Source of the DNA: Escherichia coli
GTDB taxonomy: Bacteria; Pseudomonadota; Gammaproteobacteria; Enterobacterales; Enterobacteriaceae
Length of the DNA stretch: 64,000 nucleotides
Assembly (NCBI RefSeq): GCF_003334315.1
Contig: NZ_QOWR01000012.1
Reading direction: 5' to 3' (one strand)
A program made the position numbers and the translations under genes. The notes below the pieces were generated by a model that had not been told where the DNA came from, did no database searches, and was given only the letters and a program-made list of their open reading frames with translations. Shown piece after piece: positions 29,752 through 42,246 of this stretch (its first letter is position 1; each line of letters begins with the position of its first letter).

Positions 29752-30681
29752 GCTATGTCCGCCCAGAAACCGGGGTTGCATCCGCGCAACCGTCATCACA
29801 GCCGCTACGATCTCGCCACGCTTTGTCAGGTCAATCCTGAACTCAGGCAATTCCTCACGCTTACACCCGCCGGGGAGCAAAGCGTAGACTTTGCCAATCC
29901 GCTGGCGGTGAAGGCGCTCAATAAGGCGTTGCTGGCCCATTTTTACGCCGTAGCGAACTGGGATATCCCCGACGGTTTTCTCTGCCCACCAGTACCGGGC
30001 CGGGCGGATTATATTCATCACCTTGCCGATTTACTGGCAGAAGCAAGCGGAACAATTCCAGCGAATGCCAGCATTCTGGATATCGGCGTTGGTGCGAACT
30101 GTATTTATCCGCTGATTGGCGTACATGAATATGGCTGGCGTTTTACCGGTAGTGAAACCAGCAGCCAGGCGTTAAGCAGTGCGCAGGCGATTATCAGTTC
30201 TAATCCGGGGCTTAACCGCGCCATTCGTCTGCGTCGGCAAAAAGAGAGTGGGGCGATTTTTAACGGCATCATCCATAAAAACGAGCAATACGACGCGACC
30301 TTGTGTAACCCGCCATTCCACGATTCCGCCGCTGCGGCACGGGCAGGTAGTGAGCGTAAACGCCGTAACCTGGGGCTGAACAAAGACGATGCACTGAACT
30401 TTGGCGGCCAGCAACAGGAGTTGTGGTGTGAAGGCGGTGAAGTCACCTTTATCAAAAAGATGATTGAAGAGAGCAAAGGCTTCGCGAAGCAGGTGATGTG
30501 GTTTACATCACTGGTATCTCGTGGTGAAAACTTACCGCCGTTGTATCGTGCCCTGACGGACGTGGGCGCGGTGAAGGTGGTTAAAAAAGAGATGGCCCAG
30601 GGGCAAAAGCAGAGTCGCTTTATTGCCTGGACCTTTATGAACGACGAGCAGCGCCGCCGTTTTGTCAATCGCCAGCGTTAA
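29752..30681 (+). CDS. rlmF: 23S rRNA m6A1618 methyltransferase RlmF (YbiN)
   Basis: Start [15 protein letters not shown] (308 aa); SAM-MTase motifs; NPPF motif (CNPPFH). Confidence 0.9.
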
Positions 30682-32903
30682 AGCGTTGGTTCCCCCGGCG
30701 GTAACGGTTCAGCCGGGGTCGCGCCCGGAGCAGGCAGCACCTGATAAGTCTGCACTGGCGCGCGAACGCCCGCCAGGTCGAAATGTTTTTTCACCTGGCT
30801 GTCGAGGGCAAAGCGTACCGTCCACTGTTTGAGTGGCAGCGTGGTGAACGAAACACGCAGTGTAAACGCGGTATTGCTTAAGCCGACAATCCCGGCAAAA
30901 TTCGGTTCACCAATAATCAGCCCGCGAATTTCTTCGTTTTCCATTAATTCCGCTACCGCATCTTTCAGTGCCTGATTGGCTTTATCAGCATCTTCATGGC
31001 GATCAACATCATAATTTGCCACCACCGAACCAATGCCGCGGACAAAGTTAGCAAAGGTGGTTATCGAAGACCACGGAATGATGTGATACGCCCCGGTATC
31101 CTGTCGTACGCCCACGGAGCGAATCGACATCCGTTCCACTGTGCCGGTCAACGGCCCGATAGTCACCAAATCTCCAGTGTTCATGCCGTTTTCAAACTGA
31201 ATAAATACCCCGGTGATAATATCTTTCACCAGCGTTTGCGAACCAAACGAGATAGCCAGACCTAATGCCCCGGCACCTGCCAGCAATGGCGCGATATTGA
31301 CGCCGATTTCCGACAACACAATCATGATGGTGATGGTACTGATAATCACCGCCAGCGCGTTACGAAACAGCGTAAGCAGGGTACGCGTGCGGGCGCTGGG
31401 TAGCGGGCGGCCATGAATATCCGAAGCCAGCCGGTTTTCGATCAAACTGGCGAGCACCGTCCAGCCAACCGCCGAGAAGAAAAGAATGAGTGCGATACGG
31501 ATCAGGATATCTACGGTTTTCTGCCCCGCGCCGTTTTGCAGCCAGTTCCAGAAATCGAACAATCCCCATGCGCTCAACAGCAACATTACCGCCACGCAGA
31601 CTGTCAGAATACGCGCCGTTTTCAGCGCCGCCGACAGCCAGCCATTCAACCGTTTTTGCAGCTCCGGATAGTTACGCTGAGTATGTGGCGAGAGAGTGAT
31701 GGTTTTCGCCAGCCAGCGGGAAAACATACCGGAAACAAACGCTGCGATACCAATAATCGCCAGGCTGCGCACCGTTGCACCCATCATAAATTTCAGGCTG
31801 TTGCCCGGATCGAACAACGAAAAGAAAAACAGCACGATAAAATAGGCGCTTGCCAGCCAGTGCCACACCAGCGCAAAGGCGCGGATAAACAGGCTGAAAA
31901 AGGCCAGCGAATGCTCCGCGAAGTTGAGCAAATGCTGGGTAATCTCTTTTTTATTACGAAAGATCAGGTACAACGCCCAGACGGTCATGCACAGCATAAT
32001 GATGACGTTCGCCAGCGCACCTATCTGTACATTCACCTGATTAGAGATAATCGGCACGGCCACAATCAGGCCATAACCTATCAAACTGCTTAACCAGCTC
32101 AGGCGACGACTCCAGTAACGGGCGCTCTCGTCCTGAATCGTGAACGGGCGCAGCTCCGCCACGTTTGGGCAAAAAATCAGGCGTAGTACGGCTTTGAAAA
32201 ATTCAATGAGGGCAAAGGCGTTGAGAAACAAACTTTGTTGGAAAGCGATGGTGCGACTGCCTGCATTCAGGTTGTCGCTTAATACCTGGCCGACAAATAA
32301 TGTCAGGGCCAGTAACAGCAGGTCGATAATAAACGCCCCGATAATCATCGCCGGAAGCTGCAACCAGTTGCTGCGCTCACGATTTTTTTGCCGCGCCCAC
32401 TGACCCATTTTGCGATACAGCGGCAGTGCGCACAGGCGAATCAGCCAGTAAAAACCAAACACTAATACCGCTAACATTGAAAAATGGGTCAGCGCATTGC
32501 TGAAGGTTTGTGGATTAAACGGCTTATGCGGGGAGCCGGTGATATTGCGATAAAGTTGCCCGAAGCGGGCGGAAAGGGCTTCACCATAATGGCGGCTGAC
32601 TTCGGTGACCTTTTGCAGCACGGTTTGCTCTTCGACCAGCGTCGGCGGCACTATTTTTGGTACCGGTTCAGCAGGGGGCGTAGCGGCAACGGTGCGCAAC
32701 TGGTCGATCAACTCTTTACGCGAGGTGTCATTATCCAGCACATCCGCCAGTGCGCCATAGGCCGCTTTTTTTTGTTCGATATCCGGTTCCGGGGCCGGTT
32801 CAGTCGTTGAGTCCGTTGTCGTTGTGGTTGTAACGCCGGGTATGGATACCGCGTGGGCAGGTGCGCCCAGCAGGCAGAAGAGGATGAACAGGATCCACCG
32901 CAT
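30678..32903 (-). CDS. ybiO: MscS-family mechanosensitive channel YbiO
   Basis: Start [18 protein letters not shown] (741 aa); signal peptide, multi-TM region, MscS C-terminal domain. Confidence 0.9.
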
Positions 32904-33053
32904 GACTCCTCCAGTGAGAAAATAGAGCAAAAAGATAAGTATAGATGCTGGAGGAGGGGCGATTTTAAATGAGAGGAATCTGGTGTGCCTCCCTTTCGGG
33001 TGAAAGGGAGGAAGGGATATTAAGCAGGTTGCTGACAACGTGCGGGCTTTTTT

Positions 33054-33153
33054 GCCGGATGCGGCGTGAACGCCTTATCCGTCCTACAAGTTCATGCAAT
33101 TTTAATAAGTTGCCAGATATCCTGTAGGCCTGATAAGCGTAGCGCATCAGGCA
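33054..33153. repeat. REP/BIME cluster between ybiO and glnQ
   Basis: gccggatgcggcgtgaacgccttatccg ... gtaggcctgataagcgtagcgcatcaggc. Confidence 0.85.
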
Positions 33154-33163
33154 ATGTGTCTTA

Positions 33164-33886
33164 TTAAGAGACGTGCTGCAAAAATTCCTGCAAGCGCTGG
33201 CTCGGCGGGTTCTTGATCAACACCTGCGGATTGCCATCTTCCGCAATCCGGCCTTTGTCGATAAAGATCAGCCGCGAAGCTACTTTCTCGGCAAAACCGA
33301 TTTCGTGGGTCACGATCACCATCGTCATCCCTTCTTCAGCCAGATCCTGCATAACCTTCAGCACTTCATGGCGCAGTTCCGGGTCAAGAGCGGAAGTCGG
33401 TTCATCAAACAGCATCATTTTCGGCTTCACCGCCAGCGCGCGGGCAATCGCCACACGCTGCTGTTGACCACCAGAAAGTTCGGAAGGGTAGTGATGTGCA
33501 CGTTCTGCCAGACCGACTTTCGCCAGCAGCTCACGTGCCAGTTTTTCCGCCTCTTCTTTGTTCGCGCCACGCACGCGTAGCGGGCCAAACATGACGTTTT
33601 CCAGCGCCGTCAGATGCGGGAAGAGGTAAAACTGCTGGAACACCATACCTGCTTCCTGGCGAATCAGGCGCTCGTCAACTTTCGGATCGTTAACCTTCAG
33701 GCCATCGACAATCAGATCGCCGGAGGTGATTTCTTCCAGTTTGTTGATGCAGCGCAGCAGGGTCGATTTACCGGAACCGGACGGCCCGATAATCACCACG
33801 ACTTCGCCCTGGGCAATGTTCAAATCGATATTGTGCAGCACCTGGGTTGGGCCAAAGTGCTTGGAGACGTTTTTAAATTCAATCAC
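33164..33886 (-). CDS. glnQ: Glutamine ABC transporter ATPase GlnQ
   Basis: 240 aa; Walker [18 protein letters not shown]. Confidence 0.95.
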
Positions 33887-34542
33887 AGGATTTTCATCCT
33901 TCTTTCCAGACGACGCAGAATAAAGCTCAGCACCAGGGTAATAATCAGATAGAACACCGCCACGGCGCTCCAGATCTCAAGGGCGCGGAAGTTACCGGCA
34001 ATAATTTCTTGCCCCTGACGGGTCAGTTCCGCCACGCCGATCACAATAAACAGCGAGGTGTCTTTAATGCTGATGATCCACTGGTTACCCAGCGGCGGCA
34101 GCATACGACGCAGTGCCAGCGGTAAAATGACGTAGCGAATGGTTTCCCAACGTGAAAGACCGAGCGCCAGTCCTGCTTCACGAAAACCTTTGTGGATAGA
34201 CAGCACCGCACCACGCGTGATTTCCGCAATATACGCGCCGGAGTTGATCATGATGGTGACCACCGCCGCAGTAAATGGGTCGATGCGTAAGTCGTTAAAC
34301 GCCATCGGCAGGGCGAAATAAATAAACATCACCTGGACGACGATAGGTGTGCCGCGGATCACTTCAATAAAGACCAGCGCGACGTGGTTGGCTATCCAAC
34401 CTCCGAAGGTGCGTGCAAAACCTGCCAGCAATCCGATTACCAGACCGCCTGCCAGACCGAGGACCGAAATCCACAGGGTCATTTTGGCACCTTCAATCAG
34501 AAGCGGAATGGCAGGCCAGATGGCACTCCAGTCAAACTGCAT
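33883..34542 (-). CDS. glnP: Glutamine ABC transporter permease GlnP
   Basis: 219-aa polytopic ORF; 4-nt overlap with glnQ. Confidence 0.95.
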
Positions 34543-34590
34543 ATGTTGTTCCTGTTACCGTGGTGTAAATAATCAAATTCAGGGTAATTA

Positions 34591-34660
34591 ATGGCCCCGG
34601 AGCGGGTTTGCGCCCCTCACCCTAATCCTCTCCCCATAGGGGAGAGGGAACTGCCAGTGC
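34591..34660. repeat. BoxC-type intergenic repeat between glnP and glnH
   Basis: ggccccggagcgggtttgcgcccctcaccctaatcctctccccataggggagagggaactgcc; matches the BoxC family as I recall it. Confidence 0.7.
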
Positions 34661-34680
34661 GTTTTACAGGTGTAGCGTTA

Positions 34681-35442
<762 letters not shown>

Positions 35443-35480
35443 CTATCCACGGGACGATCCCCTGCGTGACATTCACATAT

Positions 35481-35497
35481 ATGAAAAAATCGTGCCA
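35481..35497 (-). promoter_or_regulatory. glnHp2 sigma-54 promoter (-24/-12)
   Basis: Minus strand reads TGGCACgatttTTTCA (GG-N10-TC spacing). Confidence 0.75.
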
Positions 35498-35570
35498 GTT
35501 TTGCAACTCCTTGATTTTTCGAGATGCGGCAAAAACGTGATGCACGATTTATAGGGCAATACCCTGAAGA

Positions 35571-35600
35571 TGCACCATTCTGGGGCACCAATCTGGTGCG
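35571..35600. promoter_or_regulatory. Overlapping NtrC enhancer sites upstream of glnHp2
   Basis: TGCACCAttcTGGGGCA and GCACCAatcTGGTGC, about 100-130 nt upstream of the sigma-54 promoter. Confidence 0.75.
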
Positions 35601-35830
35601 CTAAAATTGTGCACTCAACACAGTGATTATTTAGCGTAAAACCTGATGAAAAAACAATCTTTATGTAACGATTGTGTGATGATGTGGATACAAAAAATTT
35701 ACTTAATCAGCTGGAGATAGCAGATGGATGCACTAAATAAGTGCGTTGAGGTGGGCTGCAAAACAAAACGGCCTCCTGTCAGGAAGCCGCTTTTATCGGG
35801 TACTAAAGTTCTGCACCATCAGCGATGGAT

Positions 35831-36478
<648 letters not shown>

Positions 36479-36594
36479 TTAGATATATTGATAAGAACAA
36501 TTCTTATTTATCTGCTCGCCAGGAATTTTCGGAATAAATATGCTTTTGCATAATTCGATATATAAAGACGGTGTAGAGGAAAAGTAGCGAGAAA

Positions 36595-36624
36595 TTCTGC
36601 ATGGTTATGCATAACCATGCAGAA
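36595..36624. terminator. Perfect 30-bp palindrome downstream of rhtA (putative terminator or binding site)
   Basis: ttctgcatggttatgcataaccatgcagaa, 13-bp arms, 9 nt past the rhtA stop. Confidence 0.5.
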
Positions 36625-36632
36625 ATGTAAAT

Positions 36633-37520
36633 TTAATTAATGTCTAATTCTTTTATTTTGCTCTCTTTGCGTACTGTCAGCGTAGACCCCATTGAAGCGG
36701 CGATAATCGCGCCGAGCGCCAGTAGCTGTATGGGTGTCAGTGTTTCTCCGAGGAAAATCATCCCGGAAACGGCAGCCAGCGCCGGTTCCATGCTCATCAG
36801 CGTACCAAATGTCCGTGTTGGCAAACGGGTGAGGGCAATCATTTCCAGCGAATAAGGCAGAGCGGTCGAGAGAATAGCGACAGCCAGACCCAATGGAATA
36901 ACCGACCAGTGCCAGAGTGCTTCACCAGCCTGAAGCGCTCCAATTGGCACGAAAATTAACGCTGCAATCAACGAACCAATTGCCACCGTCGCAGGGCCAT
37001 GTTCCGCTCCTGCGCGTTGCCCACTTAAAATGTAAATAGCCCAACAAGCCCCGGCCCCCAGTGCCAGCGCACAGCCGGTTAAATCGACATGGGAAACGTC
37101 TTGCCCCAGCGGTAGCAGGAACCACAGACCAAGAACCGCCAGCACAACCCAGACGAAATCTACCGGGCGACGAGAAGAGAACAGCGCCACCGCCAGTGGT
37201 CCGGTGAACTCCAGCGCCACCGCAATACCCAGCGGTACTGTCTGAATAGAAAGATAAAAAAGATAATTCATCCCACCCAGCGAAACGCCGTAAAACAACA
37301 GCGGTAACCGTTGCTCTTTGGCAAAGCGCAGTCGCCATGGCTTAAAGAACGCGATGAGGATCAGCGTTCCTAATGCCAGACGCAGCGCAGTGACACCCGG
37401 TGCGCCCACCAGAGGAAAAAGTGACTTAGCTAACGAGGCTCCACCCTGAATAGACGCCATGGCAACGAGCAATATGACTATTGGTAACCAGACCGGCATT
37501 TTACGTAATGAACCAGGCAT
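36633..37520 (-). CDS. rhtA: Threonine/homoserine exporter RhtA (DMT family)
   Basis: Start MPGSLRKMPVWLPIV (295 aa); 10 TM segments. Confidence 0.9.
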   Translation of the reverse strand: MPGSLRKMPVWLPIVILLVAMASIQGGASLAKSLFPLVGAPGVTALRLALGTLILIAFFKPWRLRFAKEQRLPLLFYGVSLGGMNYLFYLSIQTVPLGIAVALEFTGPLAVALFSSRRPVDFVWVVLAVLGLWFLLPLGQDVSHVDLTGCALALGAGACWAIYILSGQRAGAEHGPATVAIGSLIAALIFVPIGALQAGEALWHWSVIPLGLAVAILSTALPYSLEMIALTRLPTRTFGTLMSMEPALAAVSGMIFLGETLTPIQLLALGAIIAASMGSTLTVRKESKIKELDIN

Positions 37521-37872
37521 CCTTTCTCCCACAAATATCTAGACTTAAGTAAAGCGTGGAGTGTACTGGATATACCCAATGCTGGTTGAGCATTTGTTGA
37601 AAAAATTTTCCCCCGTTTTGACTAAAATGCGCCAGGATTGATGGAATCATTAGTCTGGTGATTAGGAATAATCTGGATGAATGACAGGGAAAACATGCGT
37701 AATACTTACGCAGTTCTCTGAAAAAGTGATTTAAATTTAGATGGATAGCGGTGTATGGAAACGTTCTGTTACATGAAATGGCCCGTTAGACATCACAAAT
37801 CGCGAAGAGTTTCCCATTAATTTTTGATATATTTAAAACTTAGGACTTATTTGAATCACATTTGAGGTGGTT

Positions 37873-38388
37873 ATGAAAAAAATTGCATGTCTTTCAGCAC
37901 TGGCCGCAGTTCTGGCTTTCACCGCAGGTACTTCCGTAGCTGCGACTTCTACTGTAACTGGCGGTTACGCACAGAGCGACGCTCAGGGCCAAATGAACAA
38001 AATGGGCGGTTTCAACCTGAAATACCGCTATGAAGAAGACAACAGCCCGCTGGGTGTGATCGGTTCTTTCACTTACACCGAGAAAAGCCGTACTGCAAGC
38101 TCTGGTGACTACAACAAAAACCAGTACTACGGCATCACTGCTGGTCCGGCTTACCGCATTAACGACTGGGCAAGCATCTACGGTGTAGTGGGTGTGGGTT
38201 ATGGTAAATTCCAGACCACTGAATACCCGACCTACAAACACGACACCAGCGACTACGGTTTCTCCTACGGTGCGGGTCTGCAGTTCAACCCGATGGAAAA
38301 CGTTGCTCTGGACTTCTCTTACGAGCAGAGCCGTATTCGTAGCGTTGACGTAGGCACCTGGATTGCCGGTGTTGGTTACCGCTTCTAA
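37873..38388 (+). CDS. ompX: Outer-membrane protein OmpX
   Basis: MKKIACLSALAAVLAFTAGTSVA signal peptide; C-terminal GYRF; 171 aa. Confidence 0.95.
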   Translation: MKKIACLSALAAVLAFTAGTSVAATSTVTGGYAQSDAQGQMNKMGGFNLKYRYEEDNSPLGVIGSFTYTEKSRTASSGDYNKNQYYGITAGPAYRINDWASIYGVVGVGYGKFQTTEYPTYKHDTSDYGFSYGAGLQFNPMENVALDFSYEQSRIRSVDVGTWIAGVGYRF

Positions 38389-38403
38389 TCACTTTGGTGA
38401 TAT

Positions 38404-38436
38404 AAAAAATCCGCCTCTCGGGGCGGATTTTTGTTT
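38404..38436. terminator. Bidirectional intrinsic terminator between ompX and opgE
   Basis: aaaaaATCCGCCtctcgGGGCGGATttttgttttt; GC stem flanked by A and T runs. Confidence 0.8.
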
Positions 38437-40020
38437 TTAAGGTTTCGGGTCGAAAATATCGGTTCCGAGATGGTTGTAATCCACCTTCTGTAACTGGAAG
38501 TTGGTGATGTATATCGGCCCGGCTTTCTTCTCAGATATAAACGGGTATTTGATGTTAATTTCCTTCGCTTTAATCCCCGTCCACTGGGAGAAAAAGCCTA
38601 AGAAGTCATTGGCTGAGCGGCGGGCTTTAATCACACGATGCGCTTTATCGTCGCTGGAAATGACCATAAAAGGCACCTGGAAATTTTGCTGATATTTATC
38701 ATCATGGGCAAGGTATTGCACGTCTTTACCGCGCTCTTTAAAGGCCAGACCGTGGTCAGAAAAGTAAACCAGCGAGAAGCTGCTGCCGCTGTTGCGTAAC
38801 TGATCGTACAGCTTGCGCAGTAAATCGTCCGTTTGCGTCATGGTATAGAGATAGCACGACGTTTCTTTCGATTGCACAAAGGTTTCGTATTTTCCTTGTG
38901 TCCTGTCGCAGGCCTGCGGATGTGAGCCCATCAGATGTAGAACAATCAGCTGCGGTTGCGAGTGCTCTTGCGCCAGCACTTGAGCGGTCATATCCAGTAA
39001 CGCTTCGTCTTTGGTGTTTTTATCTGCTTCAAAATTACCTTCTTTCAGGAAGTACACTTCATCTGCTCGTTTGGCGATGCTGGCGATAGCGGTATCGTAT
39101 TCGCCGATTTGACCCTGGTTGGAAAACCACCAGGTCTGGAAGCCCGCGCGATTTGCCAGGGTGACAAAGTTATCCTGAAACTGTGGTTTGCCATCGACAA
39201 CGCGATTGAGCGTTAAGCCAAGCGATTTCTGCGTGGAGCCACTGGCGGCAATGTAGTCAGCAAATATCAAACCGTTAACGCTGCTGGCAAACGGGGTATT
39301 GTCCCAGTGACCGCCAAAGGCACCGAGGGCATCGCGACGCGCGCTTTCACCGATCACCACCACATAGGTCTGATACTTCGGCTTAACGGCAGTGACCGTC
39401 CAGGTATCTTTCATTCCGGAAAGTTTTGCCATCCGTTCTTGCTCTTCAATCACCTCGTTATTATTGACGATGACATCCTTAGCAAAACGAAATACCGGAT
39501 AGCCAGTATCTTTCAGTTTAAATACGCCACCCCAGGCCAGGTTTTGCACGGGAGCAACAAAAAATGTCGCCACACTGAATACCAGACACAGGCTGTCGAA
39601 GGTATTCCAGCGCGCTTTTTCATTCTCTTTTTTTCGCCTGATTGCTATTACGCCGAGCGCAAAAATAAATAAGCCGACCAGGTAGCTGTACCACGGAAAA
39701 ATCGTCAGGATTTCGGTCGACTCTTCCATATTGGTGGAGTGCAATGCCAGCAATGTATTGAAATTAGGCGCGCCGTAGGCCTGAGCAAAAGGGAAATAAC
39801 AAGCCGCCACCAGCGAACTGACACCGACCAGAACTTTTTGTACGCGAGGCAATGTTCGCCATAGCAAAAGCAAAATAGCCGTAAACGCAGCGGTGTAGAG
39901 CAAACTGAAGGGGTAACCTAAGCCGAGGTTAATTAATAGCGACTGTAAAAAGTAGAACGCAGTCCACGGGCTAAATACCCGGCTACGGGTAACAAGCGAT
40001 TCTTTGAGGGTTAAATTCAT
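38437..40020 (-). CDS. opgE: Phosphoethanolamine transferase OpgE (YbiP)
   Basis: 527 aa; N-terminal TM region and sulfatase-like domain. Confidence 0.9.
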   Translation of the reverse strand: MNLTLKESLVTRSRVFSPWTAFYFLQSLLINLGLGYPFSLLYTAAFTAILLLLWRTLPRVQKVLVGVSSLVAACYFPFAQAYGAPNFNTLLALHSTNMEESTEILTIFPWYSYLVGLFIFALGVIAIRRKKENEKARWNTFDSLCLVFSVATFFVAPVQNLAWGGVFKLKDTGYPVFRFAKDVIVNNNEVIEEQERMAKLSGMKDTWTVTAVKPKYQTYVVVIGESARRDALGAFGGHWDNTPFASSVNGLIFADYIAASGSTQKSLGLTLNRVVDGKPQFQDNFVTLANRAGFQTWWFSNQGQIGEYDTAIASIAKRADEVYFLKEGNFEADKNTKDEALLDMTAQVLAQEHSQPQLIVLHLMGSHPQACDRTQGKYETFVQSKETSCYLYTMTQTDDLLRKLYDQLRNSGSSFSLVYFSDHGLAFKERGKDVQYLAHDDKYQQNFQVPFMVISSDDKAHRVIKARRSANDFLGFFSQWTGIKAKEINIKYPFISEKKAGPIYITNFQLQKVDYNHLGTDIFDPKP

Positions 40021-40291
40021 ATGCCACTATCGTAACAAACGCCATGTGCTTACCCTGGCGTCAAGGGTCAATACCTGCAAGAGTGCGTGAAGAGTGGAAA
40101 GGGGTCCGCATCCGCGAGCCGCAATATACGCAGGGCTGCAAGAAGATAGAGCGAGCCGCCGTTCAGGTCAACTACTGACGAACAAATCTTTTGCGAAGGG
40201 GATTGCAAATCCGACAAAAAGTGGGGTTTTTCAGACCAAAACGCGTTATGCCTGCATGAAAGCAGGAGTGAAGCGGCGTACCGCGACGCCG

Positions 40292-40420
40292 CTATTTATC
40301 GGAAGGTTTATCTTGCTGCGGTTTGTTGTTGACCATATCGCACAACATAGAGAGCAGCATTAACCGTACTTTAAAGGGAGAATGACTAAACACGCGCATA
40401 CACCTCTTGAACTCATTCAT
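40292..40420 (-). CDS. mntS: Small protein MntS (42 aa), within the rybA sRNA locus
   Basis: Minus-strand translation MNEFKRCMRVFSHSPFKVRLMLLSMLCDMVNNKPQQDKPSDK with SD ggagg upstream; not in the supplied ORF track (below its size cutoff). Confidence 0.85.
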   Translation of the reverse strand: MNEFKRCMRVFSHSPFKVRLMLLSMLCDMVNNKPQQDKPSDK

Positions 40421-40477
40421 AAGACCTCCTGACTTGCTAATCCCGTCGATCCTTGAGGGATGATTGCATTACATACA

Positions 40478-40515
40478 GATATAGCACAGGCTATATTATA
40501 TAGCTATTGCTAAAA
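40478..40515. promoter_or_regulatory. Tandem MntR-type operators upstream of mntS
   Basis: ATAGCacagGCTAT followed by ATAGCtattGCTA; matches the MntR inverted-repeat core. Confidence 0.6.
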
Positions 40516-40605
40516 CGTTAATTTTTTGTACCTTCGCAACTCTGGTTTACAATGTGCGCACGAAATGAGAACGCTATGTATGCGTCACCATAATGAGGAA
40601 GCACA

Positions 40606-41073
40606 ATGAGTCGTCGCGCAGGTACGCCAACAGCAAAAAAAGTGACGCAGTTAGTGAACGTGGAAGAGCACGTTGAAGGGTTCCGCCAGGTCAGAGAGGC
40701 GCATCGGCGCGAGCTTATTGATGATTACGTTGAGCTGATTTCTGACTTGATCAGGGAAGTGGGGGAAGCTCGTCAGGTGGACATGGCTGCTCGTCTGGGA
40801 GTTTCGCAACCGACGGTGGCTAAAATGCTTAAGCGGCTGGCAACCATGGGGCTGATTGAAATGATCCCCTGGCGTGGCGTGTTTTTAACGGCAGAAGGAG
40901 AGAAGCTGGCGCAGGAAAGCCGCGAGCGACATCAGATAGTCGAAAATTTCTTGTTGGTGTTGGGCGTCAGTCCGGAAATCGCCCGTCGCGACGCGGAAGG
41001 CATGGAGCACCATGTTAGTGAAGAGACGCTCGACGCTTTTCGTTTGTTTACCCAGAAACACGGTGCCAAATGA
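40606..41073 (+). CDS. mntR: Manganese-responsive regulator MntR (DtxR family)
   Basis: 155-aa ORF with DtxR-type HTH. Confidence 0.93.
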
Positions 41074-42188
41074 GTCTGCCTTTTTTACGCACGCTGCAAG
41101 GCGATCGTTTTTTTCAGTTATTAATTCTTGTTGGTATCGGATTAAGCTTTTTCGTGCCCTTTGCACCGAAATCCTGGCCTGCTGCTATCGACTGGCACAC
41201 CATCATCACCTTAAGCGGCCTGATGCTGCTGACCAAAGGTGTGGAGTTAAGCGGTTATTTTGATGTGCTGGGGCGCAAAATGGTGCGCCGCTTTGCTACG
41301 GAGCGTCGGCTGGCGATGTTTATGGTGCTGGCGGCGGCGCTGCTTTCTACCTTTCTGACCAACGATGTCGCGCTGTTTATTGTTGTTCCGCTGACTATCA
41401 CGCTAAAAAGACTGTGTGAGATCCCGGTTAATCGGCTGATTATTTTTGAGGCGCTGGCAGTCAACGCTGGTTCGCTACTGACGCCAATTGGCAACCCGCA
41501 AAATATTCTTATCTGGGGACGTTCTGGTCTTTCGTTTGCCGGATTTATTGCCCAAATGGCACCGCTGGCTGGCGCAATGATGCTGACGCTCCTGCTCCTG
41601 TGCTGGTGTTGTTTCCCTGGAAAGGCGCTGCAATACCATACGGGGGTGCAAACACCGGAGTGGAAACCGCGGCTGGTGTGGAGTTGTCTGGGGCTGTATA
41701 TCGTCTTTCTGACGGCGCTGGAGTTCAAACAAGAGCTGTGGGGACTGGTGATTGTGGCGGCAGGCTTTGCGCTGCTGGCACGTCGCGTGGTGCTCAGTGT
41801 GGACTGGACGCTGCTGCTGGTGTTTATGGCGATGTTTATCGACGTCCATTTACTGACCCAGCTTCCAGCGTTGCAAGGCGTGTTGGGTAACGTGAGTCAT
41901 CTATCTGAACCCGGGTTATGGTTAACGGCAATCGGTTTATCGCAGGTGATCAGTAACGTGCCGAGTACCATATTGTTGCTGAACTATGTGCCGCCGTCTT
42001 TATTACTGGTATGGGCGGTAAACGTAGGTGGCTTTGGGTTATTACCCGGATCGCTGGCAAATTTGATTGCGCTACGTATGGCGAACGATCGCCGCATCTG
42101 GTGGCGTTTCCATCTCTATTCAATACCGATGCTGTTGTGGGCGGCGTTGGTGGGATATGTTTTGTTAGTTATACTCCCGGCCAACTAG
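41070..42188 (+). CDS. ybiR: Inner-membrane transporter YbiR (ArsB/NhaD-like)
   Basis: 372-aa polytopic ORF; 4-nt overlap with mntR. Confidence 0.88.
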
Positions 42189-42201
42189 GGTCTGGCAAAT
42201 A

Positions 42202-42235
42202 AAAAAGGCGGATTATGAGTCCGCCTTTTGCTTTA
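42202..42235. terminator. Bidirectional intrinsic terminator between ybiR and ldtB
   Basis: aaaaaAGGCGGAttatgagTCCGCCTtttgcttt. Confidence 0.8.
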
Positions 42236-42246
42236 AGTTTTGAAGA

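Noticed and set aside
40094-40363. 89-aa plus-strand ORF in the opgE-mntR intergenic region
   Set aside because: Overlaps on the opposite strand the recognisable 42-aa mntS gene, which has its own SD and upstream MntR-type operators; the plus-strand ORF has no RBS and an arginine-rich low-complexity translation.
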